Of a DNA stretch of 64,000 bases, positions 9,432 to 21,057 are shown piece after piece; position 1 is the stretch's first letter; each line of letters opens with the position of its first letter. Position numbers and translations under genes: made by a program. The notes below the pieces were generated by a model. The model saw only the letters and a list, made by a program, of their open reading frames with translations. It ran no database searches and had not been told where the DNA came from. Origin of the DNA: Aliarcobacter sp. (GTDB lineage Bacteria; Campylobacterota; Campylobacteria; Campylobacterales; Arcobacteraceae). The DNA is taken from assembly GCA_028703945.1 (NCBI GenBank), contig JAQVLW010000008.1, positions 7,288-71,287 on the forward strand, read 5' to 3'.

Positions 9432-11906
9432 CTATGCCTTTACTACTTTTGCTTTATTAAATCTGTAACTATTAAATAAAACATTTGATGCACTGTTTTT
9501 CATAAATGTTGATACATAAGGAATATTTCCATCAATTTGAATATCAACAAAAGCATTTAATACTAACTCTTGATTATTTGCATTTACTTTTACTTTATCA
9601 CCCTCAGATAATTCAAGTTTTTCAAACATAGCTTTTGAGAAGAAAACTCCATCTTGTAAATTTTCTTTAAATTCATGGCTAATTGCTGTAAATTCATTAA
9701 ATTGATTAATTGGATTTGCCTTATAAATCAAAATCTCATCATTTGATAAAGTGATTTTCTCTACATCAATTTGTTTTGTTGTATCTTGAGTTAAAGTATC
9801 ATTTGAAGTTAATTCATAACCTCTATATTCAACTTGGTCATTTCCAAATTTGTTTGGTAAATCATCAAAAGCAAGAGCTTTATAACCTTTTTCAAGAGGA
9901 AGTTTTGCTGTATATTCAATTGTATATTCAACATCTTCATTTAAAAGTTCATTTGCAATTTCATTTAATGTATAACCATTAAAGCCTATTGCTGCATTTG
10001 TAGGGATTACTTTTTTATCAATATTTGTAAAAGTTCCCTCTTGTTGATTAAGTGAGGGAATATCTAAATCTCCATCACCTAAAGCTGAAAGTTCAAAATC
10101 TGCTTTTACGTTATAACCAACGCTAAATCCTGATTCTTCTTTTGATAATGTACAGATTTGTGCAACCCCTAAAGTATTTGTTTGAGATGGAATAATTACC
10201 ACATCAAACTCTGTACATTTATCAACTAAACCACAAAGTTTTGCAAGATTTTCAGCATTTGGATGAGTTATTAAATCTTCTCCAACCATTAAAGAGAAAG
10301 AGTCTTTTTTTGCTAACATTTCATCAACTAAATCAAGGAATTTTTCATCTTTTCCAAAATCAGCTAAAAATGAAATATATTCATAAGAAACCTCTTTTGA
10401 AACATTTTTAGAAACTACTTTTTTAACTTCTTTTTCTTCGCCAGTTGCTTCATCAACTACAATTTCTACAACATTTTCTTTAACAACTTCTGTTAGAGTT
10501 TTAACTCTTGTCTCTTTTTTTGAATCTATATAAGCTTGAACTTCAGTTGGTAAATCTTTCGCAAATTTATATAAAATAAAATATAAAATTGACTCTTCAA
10601 CCATCGCATCATGGTAGATAAACTCTGTAGTTTTACCTTTTTTACCAATTTTTTCCATAATTGGATCTACTATTGGATGAAAATATAAACCACTTCCTTT
10701 ATTCATTGTAACTGAGTTATTAAAGGCATATCTTGCATTTGGTAAATCAGATTTTAAATATGAACCTACAGAAATTACAAAGTTTGAATTATGTACATCT
10801 GATAATTTTGAAGAATAAAGTGATTTTCCAGATGTTTTCGAGTAGTTTCTTAAAAACTCTTGGTATCTTCTTGCATCTTCATTTACAAGATTTGCTCCCA
10901 TTTTTTGAGCGATTTTTTGTAAAATCAAAGCCTCTTCATTTGTTATGAAAGAATTAAATTTGATATTTTTTGCTTTTTTAAATGCTTCAAGTGCTTTTGC
11001 AAAAACATCTTTATCTTTTGATTGAACTTTGTTTTCAAAATCATAGGCAAATCTTCCAGCTCCATTTACAGTTGAAAAATGTGGTTCATTTGTAACTCTA
11101 TAGATTTTTTTTGTTGCATGTTTATCAATTGATTCATGTTTGATTTCATAATACATAAATGCACAATCTGATGAGTGGGGATTTGCTGCTGGTATTTTTC
11201 TAAGTTCCCAAGCATTTGAAGTATATTGAAAATCATGAGAAACTAAAGCTCCAACGGGACATGCTGAAATACACTCCCCACAATTTGTACAGGCATCAGA
11301 GTCATAACCAATAAGTGATTTATTAAGTTTATTCCACATAGCATAGGCATCTTTTGGCATTTCATCTTTAAATACTTTATCAATGTTTTCAGAATCTCTT
11401 TTTACCGTACTAAGTGCTTTTGAGCCAACCATATCTTCACATACTGTTACACATCTTTCACAAACAATACATAAAGCAGGGTCATAATTCATAACTCCCC
11501 AATGCTGAGTTGGTCTGTGAATATCTTTTATACTATAAGATTGAGAATCTACTTTCATATATAAAGAGTAGTTTTGTAATTCACACTCTCCACTTTGGTC
11601 ACAAACTCCACATTGTAACGGATGGTTTACATCGTAAACTTCCATTATAGCTCTTCGCTCTTTTTCAATGTTTTCTGTAATAGTTGAGATATTCATATCA
11701 GCTTTAACTTTTGTATTACAGCCATACACTTGTTTTCCATCAGCTTCAACTAAACACAATCTACAGGCAAGTGTTGGAGAACATCTTGTTAAATAACAAA
11801 CAGCAGGAACAAATACATTATTTGCCCTTGCTACATTTAAAATAGATTCACCATCTTTGGCTTGAACTTCTTTACCATCAATTGTTAGTGTAATCATATC
11901 GCTCAT
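9432..11906 (-). CDS. nuoG: NADH-quinone oxidoreductase subunit G
   Basis: N-terminal Fe-S motifs CRLCLVE, HPLQCGVCDQSGECELQ, CIVCERC. Confidence 0.94.
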   Translation of the reverse strand: MSDMITLTIDGKEVQAKDGESILNVARANNVFVPAVCYLTRCSPTLACRLCLVEADGKQVYGCNTKVKADMNISTITENIEKERRAIMEVYDVNHPLQCGVCDQSGECELQNYSLYMKVDSQSYSIKDIHRPTQHWGVMNYDPALCIVCERCVTVCEDMVGSKALSTVKRDSENIDKVFKDEMPKDAYAMWNKLNKSLIGYDSDACTNCGECISACPVGALVSHDFQYTSNAWELRKIPAANPHSSDCAFMYYEIKHESIDKHATKKIYRVTNEPHFSTVNGAGRFAYDFENKVQSKDKDVFAKALEAFKKAKNIKFNSFITNEEALILQKIAQKMGANLVNEDARRYQEFLRNYSKTSGKSLYSSKLSDVHNSNFVISVGSYLKSDLPNARYAFNNSVTMNKGSGLYFHPIVDPIMEKIGKKGKTTEFIYHDAMVEESILYFILYKFAKDLPTEVQAYIDSKKETRVKTLTEVVKENVVEIVVDEATGEEKEVKKVVSKNVSKEVSYEYISFLADFGKDEKFLDLVDEMLAKKDSFSLMVGEDLITHPNAENLAKLCGLVDKCTEFDVVIIPSQTNTLGVAQICTLSKEESGFSVGYNVKADFELSALGDGDLDIPSLNQQEGTFTNIDKKVIPTNAAIGFNGYTLNEIANELLNEDVEYTIEYTAKLPLEKGYKALAFDDLPNKFGNDQVEYRGYELTSNDTLTQDTTKQIDVEKITLSNDEILIYKANPINQFNEFTAISHEFKENLQDGVFFSKAMFEKLELSEGDKVKVNANNQELVLNAFVDIQIDGNIPYVSTFMKNSASNVLFNSYRFNKAKVVKA

Positions 11907-12721
11907 TATGCTTCAACCTTTTCAATCTTTACTTGTCTATATTTATATCCATCAAAAATATTTTCATTATTTTTTGTTTTTAATATTGCAATTGTTCCAT
12001 GTAAATTTTCATCAATCTTTAATACTCTTTTAATTTTCTCATTCTTTGATATTACAAAAACTTCATTACCGTTTGATACTTTAGAAATATTTGCAAAAGT
12101 TTGACTAGCTATCAATTCATCGTTTTTTTCATCTATTAATTTATAAACTAAAGTTCCATTAAATGACTTTAATTCTTCTAATTCTTTTAAATCAAAATTC
12201 TTGCAAGAATCTATTTTTTTTGCTAAGTCTTCATTTAAAACAACTAAATTAAAATCTGAATATTTTTTAATTAAAGCAATTAATTGAATAATATTCTCAA
12301 CTCTTTCATGATTTATTAAATCATCTCCAATAATTAATGTTTTAACTTTAGATTTTTGTGAGTTTTCAAAAGCCTCTTCAAACTCTTCTTCTCCCGCACT
12401 ACTTTCAGCACTAATATAACCTAAGTCTAAATCATCTAAAAAAGTTTTAGTTTTTTCATCACAATTTGAAGCAAAAGCATTTAGTAATAAACCACAAATT
12501 CCTTCTTCACTGCCTACTTCATATTTAATAAGTTGAGAATAAAAAGGCTTTAATTTAGTATTATCAATAGGATGCATATAAACAAACTTTGCACCATTAT
12601 TTTTAACAGCCCCTAAAATAGAATCGTTTAATTTTTTATCTTCAATAAAAGTAGCAAAAGAGATAATGAAATCACTATTTAAAATTTGTTCCATATTATT
12701 CATCTTTTTCGCTCTCTTCAA
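11906..12721 (-). CDS. Campylobacterota-type complex I subunit in the nuoF position (no NADH/FMN motifs)
   Basis: Lies between the nuoE-like gene and nuoG; lacks NuoF FMN and Fe-S motifs, as in C. jejuni and H. pylori complex I. Confidence 0.7.
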   Translation of the reverse strand: MKRAKKMNNMEQILNSDFIISFATFIEDKKLNDSILGAVKNNGAKFVYMHPIDNTKLKPFYSQLIKYEVGSEEGICGLLLNAFASNCDEKTKTFLDDLDLGYISAESSAGEEEFEEAFENSQKSKVKTLIIGDDLINHERVENIIQLIALIKKYSDFNLVVLNEDLAKKIDSCKNFDLKELEELKSFNGTLVYKLIDEKNDELIASQTFANISKVSNGNEVFVISKNEKIKRVLKIDENLHGTIAILKTKNNENIFDGYKYRQVKIEKVEA

Positions 12722-12968
12722 CTATAATTTTTTCTTCAGGTTTTGTTTTTTTTACTACAATTGTCCAATCTACTTCATTAAATTTTAATGAATTCATTAA
12801 TGTATAACCAGCTTCATAAACTACATCTGCTGATTTTTGAATATGACTAAAATCTCCAATTTCAAACATAATAATTGCTGTCTCATCTTGTGTAATTTGT
12901 TTGTCGAGGAGTTCCAACATTCTCGTGTAGAAGTCATCTTTTAAATATCTTAAATCAAATCTTTTCAT
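12696..12968 (-). CDS. Campylobacterota-type small NuoE-like subunit
   Basis: MKRFDLRYLKDDF...MFEIGDF...LMNSLKFN, 90 aa, in the nuoE slot. Confidence 0.8.
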   Translation of the reverse strand: MKRFDLRYLKDDFYTRMLELLDKQITQDETAIIMFEIGDFSHIQKSADVVYEAGYTLMNSLKFNEVDWTIVVKKTKPEEKIIVEESEKDE

Positions 12969-12978
12969 AATATTTCCT

Positions 12979-14205
12979 CTACCTATCTATTTCACCAAAA
13001 ACGATATTTAAGTTACCAATAATTGTAACAACATCCGCTAATTGACATCCAACTAAAAGTTCTTCTAAAAGTGCAGTGTGCTGGAAACTAGGAGTTCGCA
13101 GTTTCATTCTATATGCATAAGGACTTCCATCACTTACAACAAAATATCCCAACTCACCTTTTGGAGATTCAGTTGCCACATAAACTTCACCAACAGGTGG
13201 TCTCATACCTTGAGTTACTAAAACAAAATGTTGCATTAAAGAGTAGTTTTGAGTCATAATTTGCTCTTTTGGAGCTGAAATATAATTTGGTGCATGAGCC
13301 ATTAATTGCGTGTCTGATTCTTCATACATAGGAACTAATTGTTTTAAAATTTTTCCAGATTCTCTTATTTCTGCAATACAAATTTTATATCTTCCATAAG
13401 AGTCACAAGTATCAGAAACTGGAATATCAAAATCAAGTTCAGGATAAATGCCATAAGGCATCTCTTTTCTTAAATCCCATTTGATTCCACTTCCTCTTAA
13501 AACAACACCTGAACATCCCCAACTTTTTGCCATTTCTGGAGTAATAACTCCAACATTCTCAAGTCTCATTTTCCAGATTCTATTTTCTGTTAAAAGCCCT
13601 TCATAAGTTTTTAACTCAGTTTCTAATATATCTAAAAATGATAGACAATCTGTTGTCCAATTTTTAGGTAAATCCAAAGGAACTCCACCTATTCTAACAG
13701 CACTGTGAGTAAGTCTTGCTCCACAATAGTCCTCAATTAAGTCCATTGCATATTCTCTTTCTCTAAAACAATAAAGAAACATAGACATAGCACCAACATC
13801 AAGAGCATGAGTTGCTAACCAAAAAAGATGTGAAGTAATTCTGTTTAATTCTAAAAGCATTGTTCTAATAATTTCAGCTCGTCTTGGAGCTTCTATTCCT
13901 AGAAGTTTTTCAATTGCAAGTGCGTATCCATAGTTATTTGAAGTTGCTGCTATATAATCCATTCTATCAGTTGTTGGTAAAAATTCGTTATACATCATAT
14001 TTTCAGCCATTTTTTCCATACCTCGATGAAGGTATCCAATCATTGGTCTTGATTTTACAACCTCTTCACCTTGAAGTTCTAAGATAAGTCTTAATTGACC
14101 ATGAGCAGACGGATGTTGTGGTCCAAAGTTTACCATCATGGTATTATCTTCTCGCTCGAAGTGAATATTTTCAAAGAAAGGTTTTAGTCTATTTGATTGT
14201 TGCAT
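12979..14205 (-). CDS. nuoD: NADH-quinone oxidoreductase subunit D
   Basis: [24 protein letters not shown] and C-terminal GEIDR. Confidence 0.97.
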   Translation of the reverse strand: MQQSNRLKPFFENIHFEREDNTMMVNFGPQHPSAHGQLRLILELQGEEVVKSRPMIGYLHRGMEKMAENMMYNEFLPTTDRMDYIAATSNNYGYALAIEKLLGIEAPRRAEIIRTMLLELNRITSHLFWLATHALDVGAMSMFLYCFREREYAMDLIEDYCGARLTHSAVRIGGVPLDLPKNWTTDCLSFLDILETELKTYEGLLTENRIWKMRLENVGVITPEMAKSWGCSGVVLRGSGIKWDLRKEMPYGIYPELDFDIPVSDTCDSYGRYKICIAEIRESGKILKQLVPMYEESDTQLMAHAPNYISAPKEQIMTQNYSLMQHFVLVTQGMRPPVGEVYVATESPKGELGYFVVSDGSPYAYRMKLRTPSFQHTALLEELLVGCQLADVVTIIGNLNIVFGEIDR

Positions 14206-14210
14206 ATTTC

Positions 14211-15014
14211 TTACCTTCTTCTTTTTAAAACAACTGATTCTTCAGGTTTTAGTTTTTTCATAATTTTTGAAGTATTCTCTTCTTGATAAGAGATATTTGT
14301 TTCTGGTTCAAACTCTGAAATATCAGTATCAAATGGAACTTCATGTCCAAGTCTTGCAAATCTTGTTGTATCATATCTATCAATGGCAGCTGGATCTCGC
14401 TGCTCTGGTCCAATAATACTTCTAGCTTCTTTTCCAAAAATTTTATCAACTTCATACCACGAAGCAGTCTCATCACCTTGAAGTGGATAAGTTTTTTTCA
14501 ATGGATGGTCATACCAATCATCAGGCATAATTAATCTTTTTAAATTTGGATGATTTACTACTTTTACACCTAGCATATCATACATTTCTCTCTCTGACCA
14601 ATTAGCAGATTTAAAAAGAGATGTTACTGATTCTATTGATTCATCTTTTTGTAAAAAACATTTAATTCTTATTCTTTTGTGTTTACTCAAAGATAAAAAT
14701 TCGTAAAAAATTTCGTAACCATCCCTTGTAGCTAAATAATCAATTGCTGATAATTCCATTAACATGTCATATTCTAATTTTTCTTTTAAAAGCTTAATAC
14801 ATGAAATCAAAAAACTTTTATCAATAATAATTACTAAATGAGTATGTTCAATAAAAGCCTCTTGAACATTAATACTATAATTAATTTCTTCAAAATCTTT
14901 AGCAAAAATTTCGTCACTATTTGGATTAAATCTTGGAACTGGAGGAGATACAAAAAATCTATCTGTAAAATAAGCTTGTTTTTGTACACTATCTTTAGGA
15001 GTATATTTTCTCAT
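14211..15014 (-). CDS. nuoC: NADH-quinone oxidoreductase subunit C
   Basis: [13 protein letters not shown] and HPLKKTYPL motifs. Confidence 0.94.
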   Translation of the reverse strand: MRKYTPKDSVQKQAYFTDRFFVSPPVPRFNPNSDEIFAKDFEEINYSINVQEAFIEHTHLVIIIDKSFLISCIKLLKEKLEYDMLMELSAIDYLATRDGYEIFYEFLSLSKHKRIRIKCFLQKDESIESVTSLFKSANWSEREMYDMLGVKVVNHPNLKRLIMPDDWYDHPLKKTYPLQGDETASWYEVDKIFGKEARSIIGPEQRDPAAIDRYDTTRFARLGHEVPFDTDISEFEPETNISYQEENTSKIMKKLKPEESVVLKRRR

Positions 15015-15523
15015 TATACTAACCTCTTTTTCTTTATGCTTCTAAAAATTGATTCTTTTCTTATTTTTTGTTGAAGTGCCATAAGGGCATATTGTAAAGT
15101 TTCAGGTCTTGGTGCGCATCCAGGAAGGTAAATATCAACTGGAATAATTCTATCCGCACCTTGAACTGTGGCATAAGTATTAAACATTCCACCTGTATTT
15201 GCGCAGCTTCCCATAGAAATTACCCATTTAGGATCTGGCATTTGATCATATAATCTTCTCATAAATTCTGCATGTTTTTTTGTTAGAGTTCCTGCAATTA
15301 TTAAAACATCAGATTGTCTAGGACTTGCTCTAAAAATTGTACCAAACCTGTCAAAATCATATCGAGATGCACCAGTTGCCATCATCTCAATGGCGCAACA
15401 GGCCAAACCATAGGTCATTGGCCATAAAGAGTTAGAACGCCCAAAATTTACTAACTTATCAATAGTTGTTAATTTAACAGCAGCTCCATTATCTTGTAAA
15501 TAATTTATTTTATGCTGTGCCAT
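15014..15523 (-). CDS. nuoB: NADH-quinone oxidoreductase subunit B
   Basis: [16 protein letters not shown] and LPGCAPRPE motifs. Confidence 0.97.
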   Translation of the reverse strand: MAQHKINYLQDNGAAVKLTTIDKLVNFGRSNSLWPMTYGLACCAIEMMATGASRYDFDRFGTIFRASPRQSDVLIIAGTLTKKHAEFMRRLYDQMPDPKWVISMGSCANTGGMFNTYATVQGADRIIPVDIYLPGCAPRPETLQYALMALQQKIRKESIFRSIKKKRLV

Positions 15524-15894
15524 TCAAGCGCTCCTTTTCTCCATGCGTATAAAAATCCAATTGCTAAAAGCGTAATAAATAATATCATTTCAACAAACCC
15601 AAACCATCCTAAGATTTTAAAGTTAATTGCCCAAGGAAACATAAATATAATTTCAACATCAAATAAAATAAATAATAATGCCGTTAAATAAAACTGTGTA
15701 GAAATACTGTTAGGTTGTTTTGTAACTTCAGGTCCACACTCATATAAAGTTGTTTTTAGTTTTTCAGTATCAAGTCTAGCAATCTTTCTACTTATATATC
15801 GTGAAAGCCATACTGTTGCACCAAATGCACTAAATGTTACAATAAACATTACAAATGCACCAAAATAGGGATGTGCAAATTCCATATGTGTCAT
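15505..15894 (-). CDS. nuoA: NADH-quinone oxidoreductase subunit A
   Basis: YECG and [15 protein letters not shown] motifs. Confidence 0.95.
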   Translation of the reverse strand: MTHMEFAHPYFGAFVMFIVTFSAFGATVWLSRYISRKIARLDTEKLKTTLYECGPEVTKQPNSISTQFYLTALLFILFDVEIIFMFPWAINFKILGWFGFVEMILFITLLAIGFLYAWRKGALEWHSIK

Positions 15895-16209
15895 TTAATC
15901 TATCCTTTTAAAGCTAAAAAGTTCTTTTATTCTACAAATATAATATCTTATTTGTAATAAATAGCCACTTATTAATAATGTATGCAATGATATTCTAACC
16001 TAATAAAAATTAGCTTATTGTTTAATGTTTTTCTAAGGATTAGAAACAAACTGGTACAAAAAGAAACAAAAAATCTTTACTAAAGATTTCAAAATATAAT
16101 CTATTATTTTTTATATTCTTAAAATATTATAAAATATTACAACTAATGATACTTTTTAAAGATGAAATATCTATGATATTTCTTTTATGTTATAAAATCT
16201 AAAATAGGT

Positions 16210-17943
16210 TTAGAAAAAACCTACTTTAGTTTCACTATCAAATTGACCTTTTTGCTCTTTTGTAATTTGCTCTTTAAAGTCCTCAACTTTGAATAGTGGT
16301 TCATCACTAACAGCAATCTTATAAGCTGTATTTTTAATAACTAATTCTATTTGTCCGCCCGTTAATTCATATTTTGCTAATTCTTCAATGTCAAAATTTT
16401 CTTCAAGAGGTAAATTAATTGGTATTAGTTTTTTCCAAAGGTCTATTCTTTGAGCTTTATTTGGTTTTACAAATTCAATTTTATAATTAAATCTTCTTGA
16501 AAATGCTTTATCTAGGTTTTCAAGTAAGTTTGTAGTTGCAATTAAAATTCCATCAAATCTTTCTATTTGCTCTAAAAAAATATTTTGCATCTGATTATGC
16601 ATTTTATCACTACTACTAACTCCTCCTGAAGCTCTTGAACTTAAAAATTGATCTGCTTCATTTAAAAGTAAAACTGGTTCTGATTTTGTTTGAGTTCTTA
16701 GTTCATAATATTTATCGAAAATACTTCTAACATTTTTTTCACTCTCACCAATATACATAGATAAAATTTTTGAACAGTCAAAGCTTAATACATCTTTTTT
16801 AAGGGATTTTGCTAAAGCAAGTGCTGTTAAAGTTTTTCCAGTTCCAGCAACTCCATAAAAAATTATTTTTGCTTCAATTCCTCTTTTTTTATCTTTAATT
16901 CCCCATTGTTTTAGACGATTTATTACATTCTTATCAACTTGTTTTAAAAGTGCATCTAACGTTTCTTTTGTTTTCTCATTTAGAACCACATCATCTAAAG
17001 TTTTTGTTGTTGAAATAAGTTCAAACATATCTTGTTCTTTTATAACTGTATCTAGTTTTATTTTCCCAACATTTGCACTTTTTTTAGTTGGATGAGAAAT
17101 CTTATATAAAACCTCATCAGGAATATAGAAGTTTCTATTAATTCCACCAAATGGAGTTAAAACCTCATCATAATCAATCAAAGCTTTTGAAACTAATGTT
17201 GAAGTCTCTTCAAGTAAACTTCTATATTTTATTTTTTCATAATCATCGCTTGAAATTAATTCAATTAAAGAATTCATATCTCGTAAACTTCCATCTCCAC
17301 CTGAATACTCTTCTTTTAAAAGAGCTAAAAATAAAGTTTGTTCTTGTTCATTTAAATCATTATTTTTGAAAAAATCTTCAAGCATTATTGAGTTACTTGT
17401 AACTTTTATTCTTTCTTTAATTCTATTTTCAAGAAGAATTAATTTTGATTTCAATCTATTTGAACTTGGACTATTAACATCAAAGTTTTTTCTAACTACA
17501 TTTAACTGTTGTGCCAAATCTATTCTAAAAAATTGATCTTGAAGATATTCTAAATGGTCTGAATAGTTTTTAATCTCAGGAAGAACAAAATCATTACTTC
17601 CATTTTCAAGCATTTTTAAATATGCACTTGATAATGAAACACTTGAATTAATAAGTTCAAGTTTTGAAACTTCACTTAATTTTACTTGATCAAAAGATAC
17701 TTGAACCACCCACCCAAATTCTAAAAGTGATTTTATTAAATCAAGTTTTTCCAAATGTTTGTAAGTTTTTAAATCATAAAATTCACCCAAAATATCTATT
17801 ACACCTAATGTATCTCTACCATTTACATACTCTTTTGACATAAATTGTAAAATTTTTGCTTCCTCTTGCGAACATTTTAATTGTCCAAAAAAATTCGTTG
17901 ACTCAACATTTTGTGCTTTTATAAAATTAATTACTTCTTTCAT
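16210..17943 (-). CDS. AAA+ family ATPase
   Basis: Walker A GVAGTGKT, SMYIGESEKN, Walker B-like LLNEAD, TTN and AFSRR (SRH). Confidence 0.85.
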   Translation of the reverse strand: MKEVINFIKAQNVESTNFFGQLKCSQEEAKILQFMSKEYVNGRDTLGVIDILGEFYDLKTYKHLEKLDLIKSLLEFGWVVQVSFDQVKLSEVSKLELINSSVSLSSAYLKMLENGSNDFVLPEIKNYSDHLEYLQDQFFRIDLAQQLNVVRKNFDVNSPSSNRLKSKLILLENRIKERIKVTSNSIMLEDFFKNNDLNEQEQTLFLALLKEEYSGGDGSLRDMNSLIELISSDDYEKIKYRSLLEETSTLVSKALIDYDEVLTPFGGINRNFYIPDEVLYKISHPTKKSANVGKIKLDTVIKEQDMFELISTTKTLDDVVLNEKTKETLDALLKQVDKNVINRLKQWGIKDKKRGIEAKIIFYGVAGTGKTLTALALAKSLKKDVLSFDCSKILSMYIGESEKNVRSIFDKYYELRTQTKSEPVLLLNEADQFLSSRASGGVSSSDKMHNQMQNIFLEQIERFDGILIATTNLLENLDKAFSRRFNYKIEFVKPNKAQRIDLWKKLIPINLPLEENFDIEELAKYELTGGQIELVIKNTAYKIAVSDEPLFKVEDFKEQITKEQKGQFDSETKVGFF

Positions 17944-17958
17944 TCTTATTTCGTTATC

Positions 17959-18312
17959 CTACTTATTTATTTTTTCTGATATTTTTTTATAATAATTATT
18001 TAACTCTTCTTTTTCTTTAAAAGTTATTTTATAAGTATTATTTATTATTAGATTAAGTTGATTTATCTCTAAATTATTTATATCTTTATATTTAAAAATA
18101 TTTGAGTTTTCATCAAGGTCCACAATAAAGCTATTTTTTATTTCAATAAAATAATCATCACAAAAAGCTTTATATGAACCTTTTGAATAAGCATATTCTT
18201 GACAGTTACTTTTTTTCAAATATTCTTCAATATAATCCAAGTTTGTGTGGTTGTAAATGTTTAATGAAATAACCACAATGGCTATAAATAAAAAAAGTCC
18301 TATTAAAATCAT
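17959..18312 (-). CDS. Hypothetical protein with N-terminal TM anchor
   Basis: 117 aa ORF, hydrophobic N-terminus, RBS upstream. Confidence 0.6.
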   Translation of the reverse strand: MILIGLFLFIAIVVISLNIYNHTNLDYIEEYLKKSNCQEYAYSKGSYKAFCDDYFIEIKNSFIVDLDENSNIFKYKDINNLEINQLNLIINNTYKITFKEKEELNNYYKKISEKINK

Positions 18313-18421
18313 TTAATCTCCCCTTAAGAACTATATGATACAGCAACATGTCTTAACTACTTATGAATATAAAACTTGCTAGAATTAAGAAATTATACAA
18401 GAATTAAAAAAAAGGAATATT

Positions 18422-19039
18422 ATGATTAAGACAATCTCCTCTTCATTTGCTTTAACAACCCTTTGCTTTTTTGCGTTAACTAGCTGCTCTAGTAATAACG
18501 AATTTTTAAAAGCTTCCTCAAATGAACTTCAAATTGCAGATGATTGTAGAAATACAAATAAGCATTTAGAGATGGATTGTTATGACTTAATTTCTTATAA
18601 AAACTCTTTTGCTCAATTAAGATTGGGTTTAAATGCTCAATTAAGAGGTGATTTTGAAGAAGCAATTCAAAGATTAAATATCTCTAAACAAAAAGGTAAT
18701 TTTTATGCAAATGCAGCTTTAGCAGATATTTATAAAAATGGATTTGGTGTCGCTGTTAATAATGATTTAGCTGTTAAACTTTTAGAAGATACAAAAGAAA
18801 TTGATCCAATAGCTGCGTACAGATTATCTTTTTATTACCTTGATAAAAATAAAGTTGAAGATGCTTTAGAACTTCTAAATTATGCAGCAATAAACGATGT
18901 TAAAGCTGCTCAATTAGAACTATCTAATCTATATTTAAATGGTGAATTTATTGAAAGAAATACAGATAAAGCCAGTTATTGGCAAGAACAATATGAAGAT
19001 ACATCAGCAAATTTTGCAAATAAAATCTATGGAATATAA
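18422..19039 (+). CDS. Sel1-repeat lipoprotein
   Basis: Lipobox LTSC; Sel1-like repeats (LADIYKNGFGV, AQLELSNLYLNG). Confidence 0.8.
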   Translation: MIKTISSSFALTTLCFFALTSCSSNNEFLKASSNELQIADDCRNTNKHLEMDCYDLISYKNSFAQLRLGLNAQLRGDFEEAIQRLNISKQKGNFYANAALADIYKNGFGVAVNNDLAVKLLEDTKEIDPIAAYRLSFYYLDKNKVEDALELLNYAAINDVKAAQLELSNLYLNGEFIERNTDKASYWQEQYEDTSANFANKIYGI

Positions 19040-19702
19040 ATGTTAAAAAAAATACTACTACCAAGCTTGTCAATATTCTTATTTACAGCTTGTTCTTTAA
19101 AAATGCCTGAGTTTTCAATGCCCTCAATGCCTTCTTTCTTGTCGTTTTCAAATAATAAAGATGCCATTGCGCTTGAAAAAGCTAATGTTTGTCAAAAAAT
19201 AGAAGATATTGATAATAAACTTTTTTGTTACAGAAAAATCGTAAATGAAAACTCTTATGCTCAACTTAGAATGGGAACATATAGTGTTGAGAAAAAAGAT
19301 TATAAAAAAGCAATTGATTATTTAAACCAATCAATTAATAACAAAAATGCTTACGCTAATCTAGCTTTAGCGTTTTTATATTACAAAGGTGAAGGAGTTG
19401 AAAAAGACATAGATAAAGCTTTTCAACTTCTAAAAGATTCAAGCGATGTTGACCCAAATTCAGCTTATCAATTATCAAGATTTTATTTGCAAGGTATAAA
19501 TACAAAAGTTAATGTGGATAAAGGAATTGATTTATTAGAATTTGCAGCTTCAAAAAATATGTTAGCTGCACAAAAAATGCTTGTTAACATATATAAAGAT
19601 GGCTTATTCTCTCAAGATAAAAATGCTAAAAAAGTTAAACAATGGGAAGATATAATCAAAAAAGATATAAAAGATACAAATTTCGAAATTTATAAACTCT
19701 AA
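19040..19702 (+). CDS. Sel1-repeat lipoprotein (tandem paralogue)
   Basis: Lipobox FTAC; LAFLYYKGEGVEKD repeat; visible similarity to the preceding gene. Confidence 0.8.
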   Translation: MLKKILLPSLSIFLFTACSLKMPEFSMPSMPSFLSFSNNKDAIALEKANVCQKIEDIDNKLFCYRKIVNENSYAQLRMGTYSVEKKDYKKAIDYLNQSINNKNAYANLALAFLYYKGEGVEKDIDKAFQLLKDSSDVDPNSAYQLSRFYLQGINTKVNVDKGIDLLEFAASKNMLAAQKMLVNIYKDGLFSQDKNAKKVKQWEDIIKKDIKDTNFEIYKL

Positions 19703-19715
19703 AAATTAACCAATA

Positions 19716-20294
19716 TTACTTTTTTTCTAAACCATAGAAAAAAAGTTTTATTGTATTTTCTACAATATCTTTAGTATCATATTTTTCTAATAAATAACTC
19801 TCTATAAATCCATCTGATAACTTTTTAAAAAGTATTACTATATGTTTATAATCCATCTGTGAATCTGGATATAAAGATTTAAATTGTTTTATTAAAAACT
19901 CATAAATTTCATTAACTATTGCATGATTTGAAATATCTAATTTATGGAAAAAATATGGATCATTCGTCAGTGTTTCATCTCTATTATTATCTATTTGAAT
20001 AAATATTTCATATTTACAAGATAAATACAATTCAAGATTTTGCATAGGATTAGTCGTTTCTTTTTCATTTAATTTATCTAAAAAACTTTGTAATTTTAAA
20101 ATTAAATATTCCAAATACAAATCTTCTTTTGAAGTAAAAAGATTATAAATAGTTCCAATTGAAGTCTCTAACTCAATTGCTAGTTGTGAAATCTTAAAAT
20201 TTTTATAGCCACATTTATCAAAATACCCAGCAGCAGCTTTTAGATACAACTCCTTTTTTACCTTATTTAACTCATCATTTATTTTGCTTTTCAT
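19716..20294 (-). CDS. TetR/AcrR family transcriptional regulator
   Basis: N-terminal HTH ISQLAIELETSIGTIYNLFTSKEDL. Confidence 0.88.
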   Translation of the reverse strand: MKSKINDELNKVKKELYLKAAAGYFDKCGYKNFKISQLAIELETSIGTIYNLFTSKEDLYLEYLILKLQSFLDKLNEKETTNPMQNLELYLSCKYEIFIQIDNNRDETLTNDPYFFHKLDISNHAIVNEIYEFLIKQFKSLYPDSQMDYKHIVILFKKLSDGFIESYLLEKYDTKDIVENTIKLFFYGLEKK

Positions 20295-20433
20295 TCTAAT
20301 CCATATTTTTTTTCTTGAATTATAATTTAATTCATATTAAAACATTAAATGAACATATAAAAATAAATTGAACTTAATTCATTATTAAGTATTATTGATT
20401 TAAAATCTTTTCATCTTAATATTTAGGATTTAC

Positions 20434-21057
20434 ATGAGTGCCAATACTCCCGCTCAAATTTGCATAAAACTTCTAAGAGATATAAAAACAGATGCATTAC
20501 TTATTTATATAAAAACTGTAATTGAAGAACTTCTTGAAAATATAAAAAATGAGACATATAAAATTGACTTAGGTTATGAAAATTTCAACAAGGAAATAGA
20601 AGAAAATATTATAGAGTTAAATATAAAATTAGACAAAACAATAATTAATGCTTATGAATTAAAATCTTTTATGGCATATCAACAAATGAAACAAACAAAT
20701 CATAAACTTCTTCCAAATGATGAAGCCTTGGTTTTTTATTATAATACAATTGTAAAGCAAATCGAAACCCAATTAAAAGAAGGCGAACTTTGGATTCCTG
20801 AACAAATTGTTCTAGCACTTTTAAGTGAATGGGTATTAGAAGAAGAGAAATCAACTATTTTTTATACTTTTTTAAATGATTTTGATTATTTAAGACTTTT
20901 AAGTTATTATGAGACTGCAAGAAATAATGAAAAAAATATTAATCTTAGAGAGAATATAATAAGGATGTATCAAATTTCATCTTCAATGATAAAAAGATTA
21001 AAAAATTCAAAATATAAAATAAACTCATCGAGAAAATCTAAAATGAGAAAAAAATGA
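20434..21057 (+). CDS. Hypothetical protein
   Basis: 207 aa ORF with RBS, overlaps the SulP start, divergent from TetR. Confidence 0.6.
   Translation: MSANTPAQICIKLLRDIKTDALLIYIKTVIEELLENIKNETYKIDLGYENFNKEIEENIIELNIKLDKTIINAYELKSFMAYQQMKQTNHKLLPNDEALVFYYNTIVKQIETQLKEGELWIPEQIVLALLSEWVLEEEKSTIFYTFLNDFDYLRLLSYYETARNNEKNINLRENIIRMYQISSSMIKRLKNSKYKINSSRKSKMRKK

Noticed and set aside
11906-12968. Complex I lacking canonical NuoE/NuoF as a novelty
   Set aside because: Established for Campylobacter and Helicobacter flavodoxin-linked complex I
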